Part shown: piece after piece, positions 61,601 to 64,000 of the stretch
How positions within the stretch are numbered: position 1 is the stretch's first letter
Layout: each line of letters begins with the position of its first letter
Source of the DNA: Bugula neritina
Taxonomy: Eukaryota > Animalia > Bryozoa
DNA length: 64,000 bases
NCBI GenBank assembly: GCA_964035545.1
Contig: OZ037767.1
Span: 6,402,707-6,466,706, forward strand
Direction: 5' to 3'
The notes under the pieces: generated by a model
Database searches by the model: none
Told to the model about the DNA's origin: nothing
Seen by the model: the letters and a program-made list of their open reading frames with translations, nothing else
Translations under genes and position numbers: made by a program

Positions 61601-63849
61601 GCTATTGAACAATGGCCTAATAAACAACGGTCACTGGTGATGTTAGGAAGAGCATCCAATCATAATTGCTCTTGTGTCTCATTTAAATAAGTTTTTAGCC
61701 CACTTTAACAAAAACCGTTTTCATCAGGGGTTTCTCACAGAGATAGTGACTATAAACTTGTATGAGTTTTTTTTGAATAAATGTTGTGCAAAAGCAAAGA
61801 ATAAAATTGAGTATGTATTTCAGAAAGAAATGAATTTTATTCAAACTTATTTAACAAAAATCATCTAGTGATGAACACTGAGTCTTTCAGGATTAGCCTT
61901 CGACCAATAAGGCTTTAGGTTCCATGCAGTTGAGTCTTTGATAAAACAGAATGTCATTACAATGTACTCTAATTTTAGATAAAACTGAAGATGAGGTAAA
62001 GAAAGCTTTCAGGCAATGAGCTTTCACTCAAACTTTATTGGCAGAATGATCCTGATTGGCTGAGATACATCAAAAGTGCATACCAATGATTCTGATTGGC
62101 TGAGATATATAAGTGCATACCAAACGCTTACTTCCACTCATTACAGCAACAATAGTGCATGCCAGAGAAACATGTTGGCTGCAGTTCAAAGAAAATATGG
62201 GAAAACAGTTTGACTACACAGTTGAGTACTACAGGTGGGTATAACATAGGGTAAAGCATACGTCTGTAATAGTCAGGTCTAATCTTCACTTCGCTGAAGC
62301 TCACACCAGATGATATCACTCTATTTGTCCATTGGAAGATCACATCCTGTTCATGGCTGGCAGCATAGTCGCACAGCAGCATTTCTCTCAAAGGCAGCTT
62401 ATTGTAGATCTGTATATATTGCAACCAGTTATTACACAATGAAGTCTCTTAAACTGCAGATAAAAACTTAAAGCTTCCTGTATATCCAGAGTTGAGCGGA
62501 ACTTTTCGAAATATTTTCTGTCCAAAAACTAAACTAAATAGTTGCCAAATCATAACAATCTTAAACTAAATGCAAAACAATACTAACATGAATCGTGTTT
62601 ATAATTAGAAAAAGTTAGCCAAAAAATCTTCTATCTTCTGGTCAATCAAGTATCAGAACATACAATGTACCTCAATGTTTATAAAAATAAAGGTATCTTG
62701 GTATGCCATGTTATTCTTAGCACAACCTAGCAATATAACAGCAACCTAATAGTTGAACAAGAGAACTTCTCTAATTAAGCAGAAGTCTATAACTAGAGCA
62801 GGGGTGTCCAACCTTTCCAGAGCAACAGCCACAATGTGAAATTTAGCTTGAGTTTGGGCCACAGCATCAGCATTTTTCATTTACTTTATTCCAAATTCCA
62901 TTGAATCATTACACAATTAAGTCCCAATAATCACTGCAGGCTGCATGTTTTTAGCATGAACATGAATAAGACATTTAAAAAATGGGTTTTCCACTCTAAT
63001 TCATGTATGTGTGCAAAGTAGCTTTATTTATTATGCCTTTGAGAGCCACATAAATGTAGGCTGGAAGCCTCATCTTGCGCTAGGGTCGCCTGTAGGACAG
63101 CCCTGAACTAGAGGCACATTCACATACATAACTACGCTCAAGTTTGCACAGATTGAATGTAATATGTATAACAAAACCCTTTACATTGACATCAGTTAGC
63201 AAAATCTCAAACTCTTCAATGGGATGTACAGCTACCAACTCCACCGTAAGGAAGCCGTTAAACCGTATCTTATAATTATCATCAATTTCAAGCACTTGGT
63301 CAGGGTTACTGGGTGTAAGTAGGTACGCTTTTCCTGTAACTCCTGAAAGAAAATTAAAATCAATTGACCACCAGCTTAGATACTGCTTACCAAATTGCAA
63401 GAATTGTGCACCTTGAATTAGTATTCCAGGTCATAATTTTCTAAAGGAAGCTAGGAGAAATGGTGGAAAATATGAAAAATGTGATATAGGGCATATTACT
63501 TTTAAAGTATCATAAAATAATATTCTATTCCTTCTGCAAAATTATATGAATCCCATTATTATAAATTAAAGCTGACCTTTATAACTAGCTATAAAATAAC
63601 GTTATCAATCATCAATAAAGTAAACAAGATGGTCATTTTATGAAGATGTTATTGAATAAGTGACAAGGCCCTGAATTTAGGAATTTATTTTCAATATAGA
63701 ATTTTATGATGGCTACAAGTATTCAATATATGACCATCATGCCGCGCACTTACATACCTGAAAAGCCCAAACAAAGTGTCGTCCAAGCCTCATTTTCAAT
63801 AAATACCCGAGCTCCAGAAGGTGAATTAGCAATTGGATAGACGTCTAGC
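31603..63849 (-). CDS. Gene B: paralog of gene A with additional visible N-terminal exons including PAN/Apple-like modules; 5' end outside window
   Basis: 36 phase-consistent exons (~2050 aa): 63849-63758, 63342-63185, 62409-62262, 61410-61189, 60625-60362, 60095-59948, 59662-59469, 58929-58762, 57982-57899, 57430-57325, 54135-53931, 52957-52883, 47937-47807, 47295-47099, 46618-46523, 45972-45679, 44792-44599, 42722-42537, 41858-41721, 41570-41386, 41167-40999, 40368-40325, 39980-39362, 38903-38762, 38423-38225, 37681-37445, 36902-36805, 36058-35981, 35403-35145, 34676-34467, 34372-34235, 34093-33900, 33316-33251, 32768-32586, 31991-31832, 31672-31603 (TGA). Exons above 57430 have no in-window paralog and are less certain. 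Confidence 0.85.
31832..31991 (-). CDS. Gene B transmembrane exon
   Basis: ...PPVEDEAAPYISITIFFVSLGSILAVIAFDIPSLI; same 160-nt length and phases as gene A. Confidence 0.85.
32887..33218. mobile_element. PIF/Harbinger-like MITE, copy 1
   Basis: TIR G(T/C)CTAGGGCCACAC; flanks TTA/TGA; the homologous gene A intron (~17330-17345) shows the empty site. Confidence 0.8.
33446..33849. mobile_element. PIF/Harbinger-like MITE, copy 2, inverted relative to copy 1
   Basis: GCCTAGGGCCACAC...GTGTGGCCCTACGC, flanks TAA/TTA; internal sequence is the reverse complement of copy 1. Confidence 0.8.
34775..34905. repeat. Imperfect ~42-bp tandem repeat, about 3 units
   Basis: CTG(C/T)AGGACTATATT...TATTCAACCTGCATC units. 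Confidence 0.7.
39362..39980 (-). CDS. Gene B mucin-like Thr-rich exon
   Basis: Poly-Thr and TTTTTPN repeats, with the same flanking Cys motifs and exon phases as the gene A mucin exon. Confidence 0.9.
42966..43180 (+). repeat. DNA-transposon-like remnant, possibly the same family as 15266-15688
   Basis: AGGGGAGGGTGGGGC start; GGGGCAAGTTGAA and GGTTGAACC motifs. Confidence 0.4.
43838..43970 (+). mobile_element. tRNA-derived SINE (truncated)
   Basis: GGGGCAGCCATGGCCTAGGGGTTAAAGCG...AGCATCCAGTCATAATTGCTCC. Confidence 0.65.
47312..47738. mobile_element. MITE with ~65-bp TIRs containing an internal palindrome
   Basis: CAGACCCTGTTCAGAG... / ...CTCTGAAAAGGGTCTA inverted arms. Confidence 0.65.
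48872..49862. mobile_element. Nested 991-bp insertion, probable solo LTR (TG...CA, CTAG TSD)
   Basis: Copy 2 has the empty site GATGTACTAGAATAGCC; copy 1 has CTAG-TGAAGTAAA...TTTACTACA-CTAG, with an internal direct repeat at ~49042 and ~49218. Confidence 0.6.
50785..51199 (-). mobile_element. RTE-clade LINE 3' fragment nested in Academ copy 1
   Basis: ATEMRMLR...WEDHVTNDNI...LQWYGHVRRR is a typical RTE ORF C-terminal motif. Confidence 0.75.
54513..57305 (-). mobile_element. Decayed Academ-like DNA transposon, copy 2 (internally deleted)
   Basis: Same termini, 3-bp TSD AAT, colinear with copy 1; remnant ORF 55971-56222 (SITAKLW...AVREGDWALHL). Confidence 0.8.
58350..58555 (-). repeat. Second copy of the TGGCAC-repeat element
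   Basis: Reverse complement aligns to 12893-13083 and continues into sequence resembling the 15131+ arm. Confidence 0.6.
59469..59662 (-). CDS. Gene B PAN/Apple-like exon
   Basis: SLHECGLACFLEPNCVYFQASVLNMTDCALFS fits the C-x3-C-x5-C-x-x-F...C-x-L PAN pattern. Confidence 0.65.
61539..61770 (+). mobile_element. tRNA-derived SINE
   Basis: GGAGCAGACATGGTCTAGG...AGCATCCAATCATAATTGCTC...CATCAGGGGTTTCTCACAG. Confidence 0.7.
62799..63105. mobile_element. hAT-type MITE
   Basis: CAGGGGTGTCC...GGACAGCCCTG with a perfect 8-bp TSD AACTAGAG. Confidence 0.85.
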
Positions 63850-64000
63850 CTGAAAGATAAAACATATTGGCATGAGCACTTAAATGTAGAAACATAATTT
63901 AGTATAATAAACAGCAGCTTCAGTAGTTTAGCATTTAGGAGCGGTAGTGGAAAAACAGAGATAGCTTAAGTTGTTTAATTATTTTACGAAATTTTGATTT

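Noticed and set aside
62045-62125. Duplicated CCAAT (ATTGG) boxes as an internal promoter
   Set aside because: A simple ~40-bp local tandem duplication in an intron, with no other promoter evidence.
62128-62261. 3' part of ORF 62128-62439 as coding
   Set aside because: The donor at 62261 gives the phase required by the next exon; the donor at 62131 does not.

Overview
AT-rich, intron-rich animal (invertebrate-type) genomic DNA; the species cannot be determined from sequence alone. Four spliced genes were reconstructed by hand from GT-AG boundaries with consistent exon phases. Gene A (+, <170-18906) and gene B (-, 31603->63849) are very large paralogous single-pass membrane proteins facing tail-to-tail; both lack their 5' ends in this window. 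Their layout is PAN/Apple-like (seen in B only), LamG-like, Cys-rich modules, Thr/Ser mucin stalk, several TSP1-like repeats, TM and short tail. Their distal ectodomains are highly diverged, while membrane-proximal TSP1 exons and some introns are nearly identical, suggesting gene conversion. Between them lie two tandem secreted triple-Kunitz genes (-, 19820-22826 and 24921-27514). Introns hold a Penelope-like 3' end with a minimal hammerhead ribozyme, a young CR1/L2-group LINE nested in a foldback element, two decayed Academ-like transposons with nested insertions, an inverted MITE pair bracketing one cassette-like exon, a hAT MITE, tRNA-derived SINEs and microsatellites. Domain and family names come from motif recognition, not database searches.
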